From Candidatus Eiseniibacteriota bacterium (GTDB taxonomy: Bacteria > Eisenbacteria > RBG-16-71-46), in the NCBI GenBank assembly GCA_963717505.1, contig OY970342.1:1280001-1344000 (forward strand): 64,000 nucleotides of DNA, written 5' to 3'. The position numbers and the translations under genes were made by a program. The notes beneath the pieces were generated by a model that saw only the letters and a program-made list of their open reading frames with translations, searched no databases and was not told where the DNA came from. This document shows, piece by piece, positions 37,397 through 48,758 of this stretch (position 1 is its first letter; each line of letters starts with the position of its first letter).

Positions 37397-39721
37397 ATGA
37401 CCGCGTCCGTTCGCTGTCCTATTGCGGCGGTACTCGCGCTGCTGCTCTCCTCGTTCTCGATGGCCGCCGCGTCGCCACCGCCGTCGATGGTGGCCGTCGG
37501 ACCCGAGTGGGTCTTGCTCAAGGGTGGCAGTCCGGTGGGTCGCAGCCTGCACGGCGCGGCCTACGATCCGGTTCGGCACCAGATGGTGATTGCGGGTGGG
37601 GGCTCTTCCGATTGGTGGGCGTTGCGGCTGCACCCGAATCCGGATTGGCGCAACGTGCTGCCGGCCTCGACCTTTGTCTACCCGTGCGCGTGGCGCACGA
37701 TCGTCTACGACCCACCACGCGATCGGTTCATCTCGCTCGGCGAGAACTGCGGGGGCGAAATCCATCCCCCGGGCATTTTAGCGGCATCGATCGACGGCGC
37801 GCTGGTCACCAGCCAGTTGCCCGCGGATGGTCCGCGTCTGGGCATCGCGGCGTTCTACGACCCGGTACGCGATCGTCTCGTGACGTTTGGCGGCCAGAAC
37901 ACGGGGAACGGCACCTACCCGCAGGACGTCCGTGTCCTCAACCTGACGGGAACGCCGGAGTGGACCACACTCGCGACCGCCGGCACTCCGCCCCCGGGCC
38001 GCTCGTATCACAACCTGATCTACGACCCTGCCCTGGATCGAATGATCGTGCTGCTGGGACGCAACGGCGCCGGGCCGCTGGACGACATCTGGCAGCTCAC
38101 GCTGTCCGGAACTCCGACCTGGAGCCCGCTCGTGCCCCTCAATGCCGGGCCCACCGCCCGCTCCGCGGCGGCCGCGGCGTTGACTCCCTTGGGGACCATC
38201 GTCGTCGCGTTCGGTGACGATGGCTCGCCAAGATCGGATGTCTGGTCGCTGTATCCGGAGCCCGGGGGCCCCACCTGGACCGAATTGAACGTGGGCGGTG
38301 GCGCGCCACCGCCCCGAAGCGGCGCCAGCATGGTCTTCGACCCGTCCGGCGAGCAGATGGTCCTGTTCGGTGGCGCCAACGGGGTTGCGAGATACAACGA
38401 CATCTGGGCGCTCTCTTTTCCGGCCGGCGTTGGGACTTGGTCCCAGATCAATACCCAGCCGTCCCCTACTCGGCGCGCATGGGCGGCGATGGCGCGTGAC
38501 CCGGTGCACGATCGTGCCATCCTGTTCGGCGGCATTTCCGACATCGCCGGGTTGCACGGCGACTTGTGGCAGCTGCCGCTGGGCGGCGGTCCGTGGGCGC
38601 CAATGCCCGCCTTCGGACCCGCGCCGTCTCCCCGCCAACAGCACACCTTGACCTACGACCCCATGCGAGACCGGATGATTCTGTTCGGAGGGCGTGACGT
38701 CGCGGACCTCGGCGACGTGTGGCAGCTCACGCTCGGTCCGACTCCCCAGTGGCAATTGGTTTCGACCGCGGGGACCCTGCCCGGGCCGCGGTCCGGACAT
38801 TCAGCGATCTATGATCCGATCCGGGATCGGCTCGTGGTCTTCGGCGGTTCGCTGGCCACGGCCAGCAGCGAGACCTGGGCTCTGTCGTTGGCTACGAATC
38901 AGTGGACGCTTCTGCACTCGGGTGCCGGCGGGCCCCAGACTCGCATCTTCAGCGGCGCGCTCTACGATCCGGTGGGCGATCGGATGATCGTGTGGGCGGG
39001 CGAGGGCCGTCAGGGGCCGTACCATCGATCGTTCAACGACACCTGGGCTCTGTCACTTGCCAGCCCGGCATGGACTCAGCTGGCTCCCGCCGGGGGCACA
39101 CCTTCCGATCGCCGGAGCCCCATGACGGTGTACGACCCCGGCCGACATCGGCTGGTGACCTTCGGCGGCGCGACCGTCACGATCGGTGGCATCAATCAAA
39201 CCTACGGGAACCGCAACGACGTCCGAGAGCTGACGCTCGCCACTCCGACTTGGTCACTGCTCATCGTTGCCGGCTGGGGCCCGGCTGGCCGGGACGGCAC
39301 GGCCGGGATCTACGATCCGAGCCGCGACCGCATGATCCTGTTTGGCGGATGCTTCGAGAGGAGCAGCGAAACCGGGGGCAGCTACATGGTGGGCGAAACC
39401 TACGCGATCTACTTCACCCCCGAGCTGGTCGACGTGCCACCGGAGCCGACCACCATGCGGTTCGCGATCCAGCGCGTGAGTCCCAACCCCGCGAGGGCCG
39501 GAATCGACGTGTGGTTCCACCTGCCTCGAGCCCAGTCGGTATCCATCGAGCTCCTGGATCTTGCGGGCCGCCGGCGAGCTTCGACCGAAACCGGGGTTCT
39601 CGCGGCCGGGCCCAATCGGGTTCGGTTCGACGACACGGCGCACCTCTCGGCCGGGATGTACTTTCTCAGGCTGACCGGGCGCGATGGCATCGGAAGCGCA
39701 CGCGTCTGTGTGGTGCGATAG
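37397..39721 (+). CDS. Secreted Kelch-repeat beta-propeller protein with CTD
   Basis: About 12 'R..H..YDP..DRMILFGG....D.W.L' repeats; CTD 'PNP...DLAGRR...GMYFLRL'; SD GGAGG. Confidence 0.9.
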   Translation: MTASVRCPIAAVLALLLSSFSMAAASPPPSMVAVGPEWVLLKGGSPVGRSLHGAAYDPVRHQMVIAGGGSSDWWALRLHPNPDWRNVLPASTFVYPCAWRTIVYDPPRDRFISLGENCGGEIHPPGILAASIDGALVTSQLPADGPRLGIAAFYDPVRDRLVTFGGQNTGNGTYPQDVRVLNLTGTPEWTTLATAGTPPPGRSYHNLIYDPALDRMIVLLGRNGAGPLDDIWQLTLSGTPTWSPLVPLNAGPTARSAAAAALTPLGTIVVAFGDDGSPRSDVWSLYPEPGGPTWTELNVGGGAPPPRSGASMVFDPSGEQMVLFGGANGVARYNDIWALSFPAGVGTWSQINTQPSPTRRAWAAMARDPVHDRAILFGGISDIAGLHGDLWQLPLGGGPWAPMPAFGPAPSPRQQHTLTYDPMRDRMILFGGRDVADLGDVWQLTLGPTPQWQLVSTAGTLPGPRSGHSAIYDPIRDRLVVFGGSLATASSETWALSLATNQWTLLHSGAGGPQTRIFSGALYDPVGDRMIVWAGEGRQGPYHRSFNDTWALSLASPAWTQLAPAGGTPSDRRSPMTVYDPGRHRLVTFGGATVTIGGINQTYGNRNDVRELTLATPTWSLLIVAGWGPAGRDGTAGIYDPSRDRMILFGGCFERSSETGGSYMVGETYAIYFTPELVDVPPEPTTMRFAIQRVSPNPARAGIDVWFHLPRAQSVSIELLDLAGRRRASTETGVLAAGPNRVRFDDTAHLSAGMYFLRLTGRDGIGSARVCVVR

Positions 39722-39735
39722 ACGGGAGCGCCGAA

Positions 39736-40395
39736 CTACATCAGTTTGACGTTGGCCTCGCCGACGCTGAGGTCGATGTCGAGGCGCGAGCTTCCGGGGC
39801 CGCGGTCCCAGTCGATCCGCTTGCCGAGCCAGCCACGGACCTGGGAAGACCCCGATCGCGGCCGCAGCGACGCGTCGCCGATGCTGACGCGAACATCGAC
39901 CGACTTGAGTGCGGTCTCGGGCATCCTGACGTCGACCTCGCCCACGCTCATGCGAACTTCGAGATCCTTCTCGATGCCTTCGATTTCGAGCTCGCCGACG
40001 TTCATGCTGATTTCGACCGCCATCGACCGCGGAATCTCGACCCGGCCGCGCAGGTGGGTGTCCTTGTGCCATTTCGAGTTCTCGAAACGGAGGCGCAATT
40101 CGTCGCCGCGAATCTCGTCGATCGCGCGGACGTCCTCGGCGAACTCCTCGCAGTCTCGACTCCGCTCGCAGCGAAGTTCGATCTCGAAGGTGACCTCCGA
40201 GCCGTCGGTGGCGACCACCTCCAACCTGCCGACCGGGAAATCGACGAACACCTTCTTGGCGCCGCCGGTCTCGAGCGACTTGCTGGCGATGGGAATCGTG
40301 GTGTCGGCGGCAACGGAAACCGGGAGCAGTAACAGGACGGCGAGCAGCGGGTACCAGGGGCTCGCCCGGTGTGGGGCAATGAGGGCGGCGGGCAT
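39736..40395 (-). CDS. Secreted beta-strand-repeat protein (DUF4097/adhesin-like)
   Basis: Signal peptide; repeated 'I.M.VGE..I' strands; SD GGAGG. Confidence 0.65.
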   Translation of the reverse strand: MPAALIAPHRASPWYPLLAVLLLLPVSVAADTTIPIASKSLETGGAKKVFVDFPVGRLEVVATDGSEVTFEIELRCERSRDCEEFAEDVRAIDEIRGDELRLRFENSKWHKDTHLRGRVEIPRSMAVEISMNVGELEIEGIEKDLEVRMSVGEVDVRMPETALKSVDVRVSIGDASLRPRSGSSQVRGWLGKRIDWDRGPGSSRLDIDLSVGEANVKLM

Positions 40396-40492
40396 GATGG
40401 ACCTCCAGGGCGCGACGGGTTTCAACGCTAGGATACGCCGCGGAGGTCCAAGGGTTGCCACCCGCCGCGCAGGACCCGCCGGCACCGGAAGG

Positions 40493-41456
40493 TCATCGCC
40501 CGGCGGCGCGACGTCGCACCAGCTCAACCATCAGCGCCTTCTGCAGGTGCAGCCGGTTCTCGGCCTGCTCGACCACGATGCTCTGCGGGCCGTCGAGCAC
40601 CTCGTCGGTCACCTCCTCGCCGCGGTGGGCGGGCAGGCAGTGCATGAACAGCGGCGTCGGGCTTGGCCAGCGGCCATCAGCGCGTCGTTCACCTGGTAGC
40701 CGGCGAACGACGACGCGCCGCCACTCGGCCTCCTCCTCCTGGCCCATGCTGGTCCAGGTGTCGGTGTAGACCACGTCGGCGCCGCGCACCGCCTCGTGCG
40801 GGTCGCGGAAGCGGCGGATCGTCGCCGCGCGCGCGCCGCTCGGCCTCGAGGAACAGACCGCCGTCGGGCTCGAACCCGTCGGGCACGGCGAGCTTGCAGC
40901 GTGAAGCCGAAGATGGTCGCGGCCTCGAGCCACGAGTGCAGCACGTTGTTGCCGTCGCCCACCCACGCCACCGTCATGCGGTCCAGGTCGCGACCCGCGC
41001 GGCGCAGCGTGTAGAGGTCGGCCAGGATCTGGCAGGGGTGCGAGTAGTCGGTGAGCGCGTTGATCACCGGAATCGTGGCGTGCTCGGCCAGCGCGCTGCA
41101 CGATGCGGTGCGCGAACGTGCGGATCACGATCAGGTCGCACATGCCGGACAGCACGTGCGCGACGTCGGCCAGGCTCTCGCGGCCGTGCTCGCGCGACCT
41201 CGACGCGCCGAGAGGTCGACGGCGTCGCCGCCCAGCTCGTGCATGCCGACGGTGAACGACACCCGCGTGCGCAGCGACGGCTTGTGGAACACGAGCGCCG
41301 CGGTCTTGCCGGCGAGCGGGCGCGGCGCGCGTCGCGTGCCGCGCGCGGCGCGCAGACGCGTCGGCCAGGTCGAAGACGTCGTAGCACCCAGTCACGATCG
41401 AGACCGAGCAGGTCGACCAGGTGCTCGGGCGCGTCGGACATGTCGGGTGCCTCCAT
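40493..41456 (-). CDS. argF: Ornithine carbamoyltransferase (frameshifted in assembly)
   Basis: '[12 protein letters not shown]', 'HPCQILAD', 'GDGNNV', 'DTWTSMGQE', 'FMHCLP' across frames. Confidence 0.9.
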
Positions 41457-41471
41457 CTCGTTGAGAGTCGA

Positions 41472-42060
41472 TCAGGACACGCTCGGCAGCGCCGGGTCTC
41501 GACGTACGGCCGTCGCGGGATCGGCAGCACCCAGGTCGCGGCCGGCGGCCGCGGCGGCCGCCGAGGCGCCGGGCACCAGGTCGAGCACCACCGCGACCTC
41601 GTCGCAGGCGTGACGCCGCGGGCAGCGCACGCAGTCGGTCCACACCTTGCGCGGCAGCGACTCGCGCGGCGCGGCGGCGAAGCCGCAGCGCTCGAAGAAT
41701 CCCACCTCGCGGGTCAGCGCGATGACGCGCGGCAGCGCCGAGCGCGCGCGCGTCGGCGACCACGCGCTTCGACCAGCGCGCGCGCCGAGGCCCCGGCCGT
41801 GGTGGTCGGGACGCACGGCGAGCGAGCGCACCTCGCCCAGGTCGTCCCACAGCACGCGCAGCGCGGCGCACGCGACGACCTGCGCCCGTCGCGCTCGGCG
41901 ACGTGGAACTCGCGCACGCACTGGTACAGCTCGCTGACCGGCCGCGGCAGCAGCACGCCCTGGATGACGTAGTCGGCCATGACGCCGGCGATGCCGGGGA
42001 CGTCGGCGAGCGCGCGCGCGGCGGAGCACGATGCCGTCGCCGACGCGAGCGTGCCGGCGT
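41472..42060 (-). CDS. GNAT N-acetyltransferase (short ArgA-type N-acetylglutamate synthase), possibly fused to ArgH
   Basis: 'LLPR...ELY', 'LGEVRSLAV', 'IALT..VGFFERCGF', 'LPRKVWTDC..CP....CDE'. Confidence 0.8.
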
Positions 42061-42189
42061 CGGCAGCTGCCGCGCGCGGCGTCCGCGGCGGCGCGCCGGC
42101 ACGCTCGGTGCGCCGCGCGCGCGGCGTCGCGCGCCGTCGCGCCATCCGGCGACGCGCAGCGTCGGCGCTCGTCGCCGCGGCCCGAGGCC

Positions 42190-43574
42190 GAGCCGCGCCT
42201 CGGCGCGCGCGAGCTGCGTCGCGCACCGATGCGGGCCGCCGCCGGGCGCGTGGTCGCGGCGCGCCAGCGCCGCTTCGACGGTCAGCGCGGCGAGCCGCGC
42301 GTCGGTGAAGTGCGGCGAGAGCGCCAGGCGCTCGGTCTCGGGCAGCGCGGCGGGCGCGACGCCGGCCTGCTCGGCGGCGGCCCACAGCGCGCCCGACCCG
42401 CGCGTGCGCGTCGCGGAACGGCACACCCTCGGCGACCAGCGCGTCGGCCAGCTCGACGGCGAGCAGGTCGGGCGTGAGCGTCGCGGCGCATGCGTTCGCG
42501 GTTCGCGGCTCGAGCGCGGCGATCGCCGGCGCCAGCGCCGCGAGCAGCCGTCGACAGCGTGTCGGCGGTGTCGAACACCGCTTCCTTGTCCTCCTGCAGA
42601 TCCTTCTGGTACGCGGACGGGCAGCCCCTTGAGCAGCGATCGCGAGCCGCTGCGGCGTTGGCGATCAGCCGCGCGCTCTTGCCGCGCGCCAGCTCGAACA
42701 CGTCGGGGTTGCGCTTCTGCGGCAGCAGGCTCGAGCCGGTCGAGAAGCCGTCGGGCGCCGCGAACCAGCCGAACGCCGGCGAGCACCACAGCACCAGGTC
42801 CTCGGCCAGGCGCGACAGGTGAACGCCGAGCTGCGCCGCCGGCGTTCAGGTACTCGAGCGCGAAGTCGCGATCGCCGACGGCATCGACGCTGTTGGTCGG
42901 CGAGCCGGCTGAAGCCGAGCCGCGTGGCGAGCGCGGCGCGGTCGTAGACGAGCGGCGTGCCGGCGACCGCGCCCGCGCCGAGCGGCAGCCGGTCGGCCGC
43001 GGCCTCGCGCGCCTGCGCGAAGCGCTCCTCGTCGCGCTCGAACGCCGCGACGTGCGCCAGCCACCAGTGCGCGAGCCAGCACCGGCTGCGCCGGCTGCAG
43101 GTGCGTGTACGCCGCGACCGCCGGCGTCTGCCGGCAGCGCGCGCCTGGCGCGACCAGCGCGCGCTCCGAGCTCGCGCACGCCCTCGACCGCGTCGTCGCA
43201 CAGCCGCATGACGCGCATGCGCAGCAGCGTGCTGACCTGGTCGTTGCGGCTGCGCCCGGTGTGGAGCCGGCGCGCGGGGTCGCCGCAGCGCGCGGATCAG
43301 CTCGGCCTCGACCGCGGAGTGCACGTCCTCGCCTTCGAGCGTCACGCGTGCCGGCGCTCGAGATCGGCCTCGAGCGCGTCGCACGCCGCGATCAAGCGCC
43401 GCGGCTTCGTCGCCGCGTCAGCACGCCGCACTCGGCAAGCGCCGGTGCGTAGGCGCGCGAGAGCGCCAGCTCCTCGGGCCACAGCCGGCGGTCGACCGGC
43501 AGCGAGTCGTTGAGCGCCCGGGCGCGCGGATCGAGGCCGGCGGCGAGCCGGCCGCGCCAGACCGTCGGTCTGCG

Positions 43575-43585
<11 letters not shown>
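42190..43585 (-). CDS. argH: Argininosuccinate lyase (many frameshifts in assembly)
   Basis: 'EDVH', 'HTGRSRNDQ', 'PLGAGA.AG', 'TGSSLLPQKRNPD', 'YQKDLQEDKE' fragments. Confidence 0.88.
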
Positions 43586-44848
<1,263 letters not shown>

Positions 44849-44852
<4 letters not shown>

Positions 44853-46114
44853 TTCGGTTCTCCGGATGCGGTGGATTCGAGCCGGGTCACGGCGCGATCG
44901 AGCCGCTCGATCGCTTCCGCGATCTCCTCGGTGGTCACGGTGAGCGGCGGCAGCAGGCGCACGGCGCGCTCGCCGCCGCGCACCAGCAGCAGGCCCTGAT
45001 CGCGCGCAGCCCGCACCAGCGCCGGCGGCGTCGTACGGCGCGTCCCGCGGCGACTTCGATCGCGCGCAGCAGCCCGAGGCCCGCGCGCCTCGCGAGCGAC
45101 GGGTGCCGCGGCAACAGGCCTCTGAGGCCGCGAGCCAGGCATCGCAGCCGCGGCTGCGCACCCGGGCCAGGAATCGCGGGCGTGTTCACCGCGCTCGAGC
45201 ACGCAGGCGCCGGCCGCGGTCACCAGCGGGCCGCCGCCGAAGGTGCAGCCGTGCATGCCCGGCGCCAGGGTGTGCGGCCACTTCCTCGGTCATCAGCACG
45301 GCGCCCAGCGGCAGGCCGCCGCCCAGCGCCTTGCTCAGCACCGTGTAGTCGCCCGCGCACGCCGTAGTGCTCCTGCGCCAGCAGCTGTCCGCGTGCGGCC
45401 CATGCCGGTCTGCACCTCGTCGAAGATCAGCGCCGCGCCCGACCGCGCGCGCTCGCGCGCACGCAGCGCTTCGAGGAAGTCGCTTGCGCGCCGGCACGGC
45501 GCCGCTCTCGCCCTGCACCGGCTCGACGATCACCGCCGCCACGCTGGGCGTCGATCACGTGCGTCGAGGCCGGCGACGTCGTTGAACGTCGCGCGAAGCG
45601 CACGCCGGGAACCAGCGGCTCGAACGGTTCGCGGTAGGACGGCGTCCAGGTCGCCGACAGCGCGAACGCCGTGCGGCCGTGGAAGCCGCCGTGGAACGCC
45701 ACGATGTCGCGACCCGGCAACTCGAGGGCGCGCGCCCGAGCGCGCGCGAACTTGAGCGCCGCCTCGATGCCTTCGGTGCCCGAGTTGCAGAAGAACACGC
45801 GGTCGTAGCCGGTGGCCTCGGTCAGCGCTCGTGCCAGCTCCGCGCCCGGCTCGTTGGCGAACAGGTTCGAGCAGTGGACCAGCTGCTTGACCTGGCGCGC
45901 GACGACGCTGCGCAATCCCGGCGAGCGCATGCCCGAGCGCGTTGACCGCGATGCCGCTCACGAAGTCGAGGTAGTCGCGGCCGTCGGCGTCGGTCACCCG
46001 GGCGCCACGGCCCGCGGCCACCTCGAGGCGCGGCAGCGGATAGACCGGGGCCAGCAAGTCCGTTTCAGATTTCGGCGCTGCGATTGCGACCGGAGCCACC
46101 AGCGTTTCGGTCAT
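44849..46114 (-). CDS. argD: Acetylornithine aminotransferase (frameshifted in assembly)
   Basis: '[15 protein letters not shown]', '[14 protein letters not shown]', 'FHGRT', 'EPVQGE', '[11 protein letters not shown]', 'HGCTFGG'. Confidence 0.9.
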
Positions 46115-46940
46115 CGGAGCACGGCCTCCGTCGAGGAAGGTTCGATCCTGGTCGCCGGCGCGCTTCCTTCGACCAGCGAAGCGAGCGAGCCGGGGCCACT
46201 CCAGGCCCCGATCGTCACGCGCTGCACACCGCCGGCCAGCGCGGTGCGCGCGGCCGCGAGCTTGGGCAGCATGCCGCCGGTGACGTCTTCACGAGCCATG
46301 ACCGCCTCCAGTTCGTGGGCCGCGATGAAGCGAGGACGAACGCGCCGTCGATCGCCACGCCCGGCGTGTCGCTGAGCAGCACCAGCGCGGGCGAGCCGAG
46401 TGCGGCCGCGACCGCGCCGGCAAGATCGTCGGCGTTGAGGTTGAGCAGCGTCTCGCCGTCGGCGCCGATGCTCGCCAGCACCGGCATGAAGCCAGCGGCG
46501 AGCAGCGCCCGGAGCGGTTCCGCATTCAGTTTCAAAATCCGGCCCACCCGTCCGAGGCGCGCGTCCTCGTGGAGGACGACTTGCGCGATCCCGCCGTCGG
46601 CCGCGGACACGCCGATCGCAGGCGCACCGTTTGCGGCGAGCCCGGCCACGAGACGCTTGTTCGCGAGCCCGGCGAGCACCGCGACCGCGATCTCGAGGGT
46701 CGCGGCATCGGTCACGCGCAGCCCGTCGGCGAAACGTGGCTCGAGGCCCGCGCGCCGGCACCACGCGCTGACTTCCGCGCCGCCGCCGTGAACGAGCAGG
46801 ACCCGACCCGAGAGCGGCGCCAACTCGGCGGCGAGTGCGGCGGGCGCGGTCGCCTCGAGGGCGCGCCCGCCGAGCTTGATCACCACCGGCGCGATCCGGG
46901 AGTCCACGACGCCGTTTCGATCTTCGCCAGCGGCCGTCAC
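46111..46940 (-). CDS. argB: Acetylglutamate kinase (frameshift near 46330)
   Basis: 'VIKLGG', 'VHGGG', 'GLRVTD', 'NLNAD', 'GGMLPKL'. Confidence 0.92.
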
Positions 46941-48067
46941 CAGGGCGCTCCGTGCACCGGCAGATCCCAGCCCTCGGGCCAGCCGAGCATCAGGTTGAGA
47001 TTCTGGATCGCCTGGCCGGCGGCGCCCTTGACCAGGTTGTCGATCGCGGCGGCCGCGAGCAGCGTGCGGCCGCCATGCAGCGTGGTCACCGCGACGTCGC
47101 AGCGGTTGGACCCGCGCACGCGCCGCGTCTCCGGCCAGTCGCCGGGATCGAGCACGCGCACGAACGGCTCCTCGGCATAGCGCTCGAGCCAGGTGGCGTA
47201 CGCCTGCTCGGGGGTCACCGCTTCACGAAGCGTCGCGGTCGCGGTCAGCACGATGCCGCGCGCCATCGGCGCCAGGTGCGGCGCGAAGGCGACGGGTGAG
47301 GCCGCACCGAGGCGCGCAAAGTTGCGCTCCATCTCGGGCACGTGCGGATGCAGGTCGCCCGCCTTGTAGATCGAAGCTCCGCCTTCGAGCTCGACGAACG
47401 ACGTGCGCAGCGCGGGCGTCCGCCCGGCGCCGCTGACTCCTGAGATCGCGTGGACCATGACCGGCCCGGCGAGCCAGCCGAGCTCGGCCGCGGGCAGCAG
47501 CGCGAGCGTCGCCGCGGTCGGATAGCAGCCGGGGTTCGCCACGCGAGTGGCACTCGGGATCGAATCGCGGAACGCCTCCGGCAACCCGTAGACGTAACCC
47601 TCGTGGCCGTCGCGATGGTCGGACGACAGATCGACGACCCGCGGCGCCTGCGCGAGCGCCGGCTGTTCCGACACCAGCCGCGTCCACGCTCCGTGCGGCA
47701 GGCAGGCGACCACCGTGTCGCACACTCCGCTTTCGATCAGCGCGCCGGCGTCAGCCGGGTCGAGCACGGTCGGCAACGAGCGCTCGCGCGGGTCCACCCC
47801 GGGCAGCAGCTCGGCGGCCGGCCGGCCGGCATTCTCGCGCGAGCACAGAGCCACCAGTCGCAAGCCGTCGTGCCCGAGCGCCAGACGAGCGAACTCCTGG
47901 CCCGAGTAGCCGCTGGCGCCGAGCACCAGGATCATCGCGGTCCGGCCGCGAGCCGGCGCCGGAGCCGCTTCGTTCGCGGCCGGCGCAGGGAGGATGCCCG
48001 GCCCCGAGCCGCGCGATGCCGACGTGCCCGCCCTTACGGGGACCACCGGAGGAACGATTGCCGTCAC
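46937..48067 (-). CDS. argC: N-acetyl-gamma-glutamyl-phosphate reductase
   Basis: 'GASGYSG', 'CLPHG', 'YGLPE', 'ANPGCYPT', 'SGVSGAGR', 'IDNLVKGAAGQA'. Confidence 0.95.
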   Translation of the reverse strand: MTAIVPPVVPVRAGTSASRGSGPGILPAPAANEAAPAPARGRTAMILVLGASGYSGQEFARLALGHDGLRLVALCSRENAGRPAAELLPGVDPRERSLPTVLDPADAGALIESGVCDTVVACLPHGAWTRLVSEQPALAQAPRVVDLSSDHRDGHEGYVYGLPEAFRDSIPSATRVANPGCYPTAATLALLPAAELGWLAGPVMVHAISGVSGAGRTPALRTSFVELEGGASIYKAGDLHPHVPEMERNFARLGAASPVAFAPHLAPMARGIVLTATATLREAVTPEQAYATWLERYAEEPFVRVLDPGDWPETRRVRGSNRCDVAVTTLHGGRTLLAAAAIDNLVKGAAGQAIQNLNLMLGWPEGWDLPVHGAPW

Positions 48068-48552
48068 TTCGCCGATCCTTCCGCGGCTGCGCTCGCGCCG
48101 AGCGCGATCGCATCGAGCCGCTTCTTGAGCCGCCTCGCGGCGGCGGTGTCCGCCATCACCACCAGCACCGTGTCGTCGCCGGCGACCGTGCCGACGATGT
48201 TCTCGAAGTCCGCCAGGTCGATCGCCCGGCCGACCCCGTTCGCGTGCCCCGGCGGCGTGCGCACCACCACCAGGTTCTGCGCCACCCGGATGTCGTTGAC
48301 GAACGCCTTGAGATCCAGCAGCCGCCGCTCACGGTCGATGGTTTCGACTGCCGGGCCCGGCAGCTCGTAGGCCGGCCGGTTGTGCGCGTCGACCCGCTTG
48401 GCGACCCCCAGGCTGCGCAGGTCTCTCGACAGCGTGGCCTGCGTGACCGCAAACCCCTGGCGCGCCAGCGCGTGCACGATCTCCTCCTGGCTGGCGAAAC
48501 GCCGGCCCGAGAGCATTTGTGCCAGGAGCGCGAGGCGACGGGAACGGGGCAA
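48064..48552 (-). CDS. argR: Arginine repressor
   Basis: 'SQEEIV..L', 'TQATLSRDL', 'GTVAGDDT'; TTG start after GGAGG. Confidence 0.95.
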   Translation of the reverse strand: MPRSRRLALLAQMLSGRRFASQEEIVHALARQGFAVTQATLSRDLRSLGVAKRVDAHNRPAYELPGPAVETIDRERRLLDLKAFVNDIRVAQNLVVVRTPPGHANGVGRAIDLADFENIVGTVAGDDTVLVVMADTAAARRLKKRLDAIALGASAAAEGSAK

Positions 48553-48584
48553 CGAATTCCTCCGGGTTTGGGACGCAAACCTCA

Positions 48585-48638
48585 GATGCAAGTTTATTCA
48601 GAGCTGTGCATAAAACTACAGGGCGGGGGCGGCGTCAA
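48585..48638 (-). promoter_or_regulatory. Tandem ARG boxes overlapping the arg operon promoter
   Basis: Minus-strand cores TGTAGTTTTATGCA (48607-48620) and TGAATAAACTTGCA (48587-48600); TTGACG at 48633-48638. Confidence 0.8.
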
Positions 48639-48702
48639 GCGGGAAACGACGGGGGGGCCGGGTCGCCGAGATCGCCCCGGCAGGGGTCCTGGGGGAAAGA
48701 CG

Positions 48703-48732
48703 GCGGCCACCCCCGGATTCGAGGGTGGCCGC
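48703..48732 (-). terminator. Hairpin downstream of the CTD-protein gene
   Basis: GCGGCCACCC/GGGTGGCCGC 10-bp stem. Confidence 0.5.
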
Positions 48733-48758
48733 GTCGCCGGCGCTTTGCGCGTCGGGTG

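Noticed and set aside
48560-48585. GGGACGCAAA as part of a c-di-GMP-I riboswitch
   Set aside because: No upstream GGCAAA/GNRA element, and it is on the wrong strand for argR; it is a short leader hairpin
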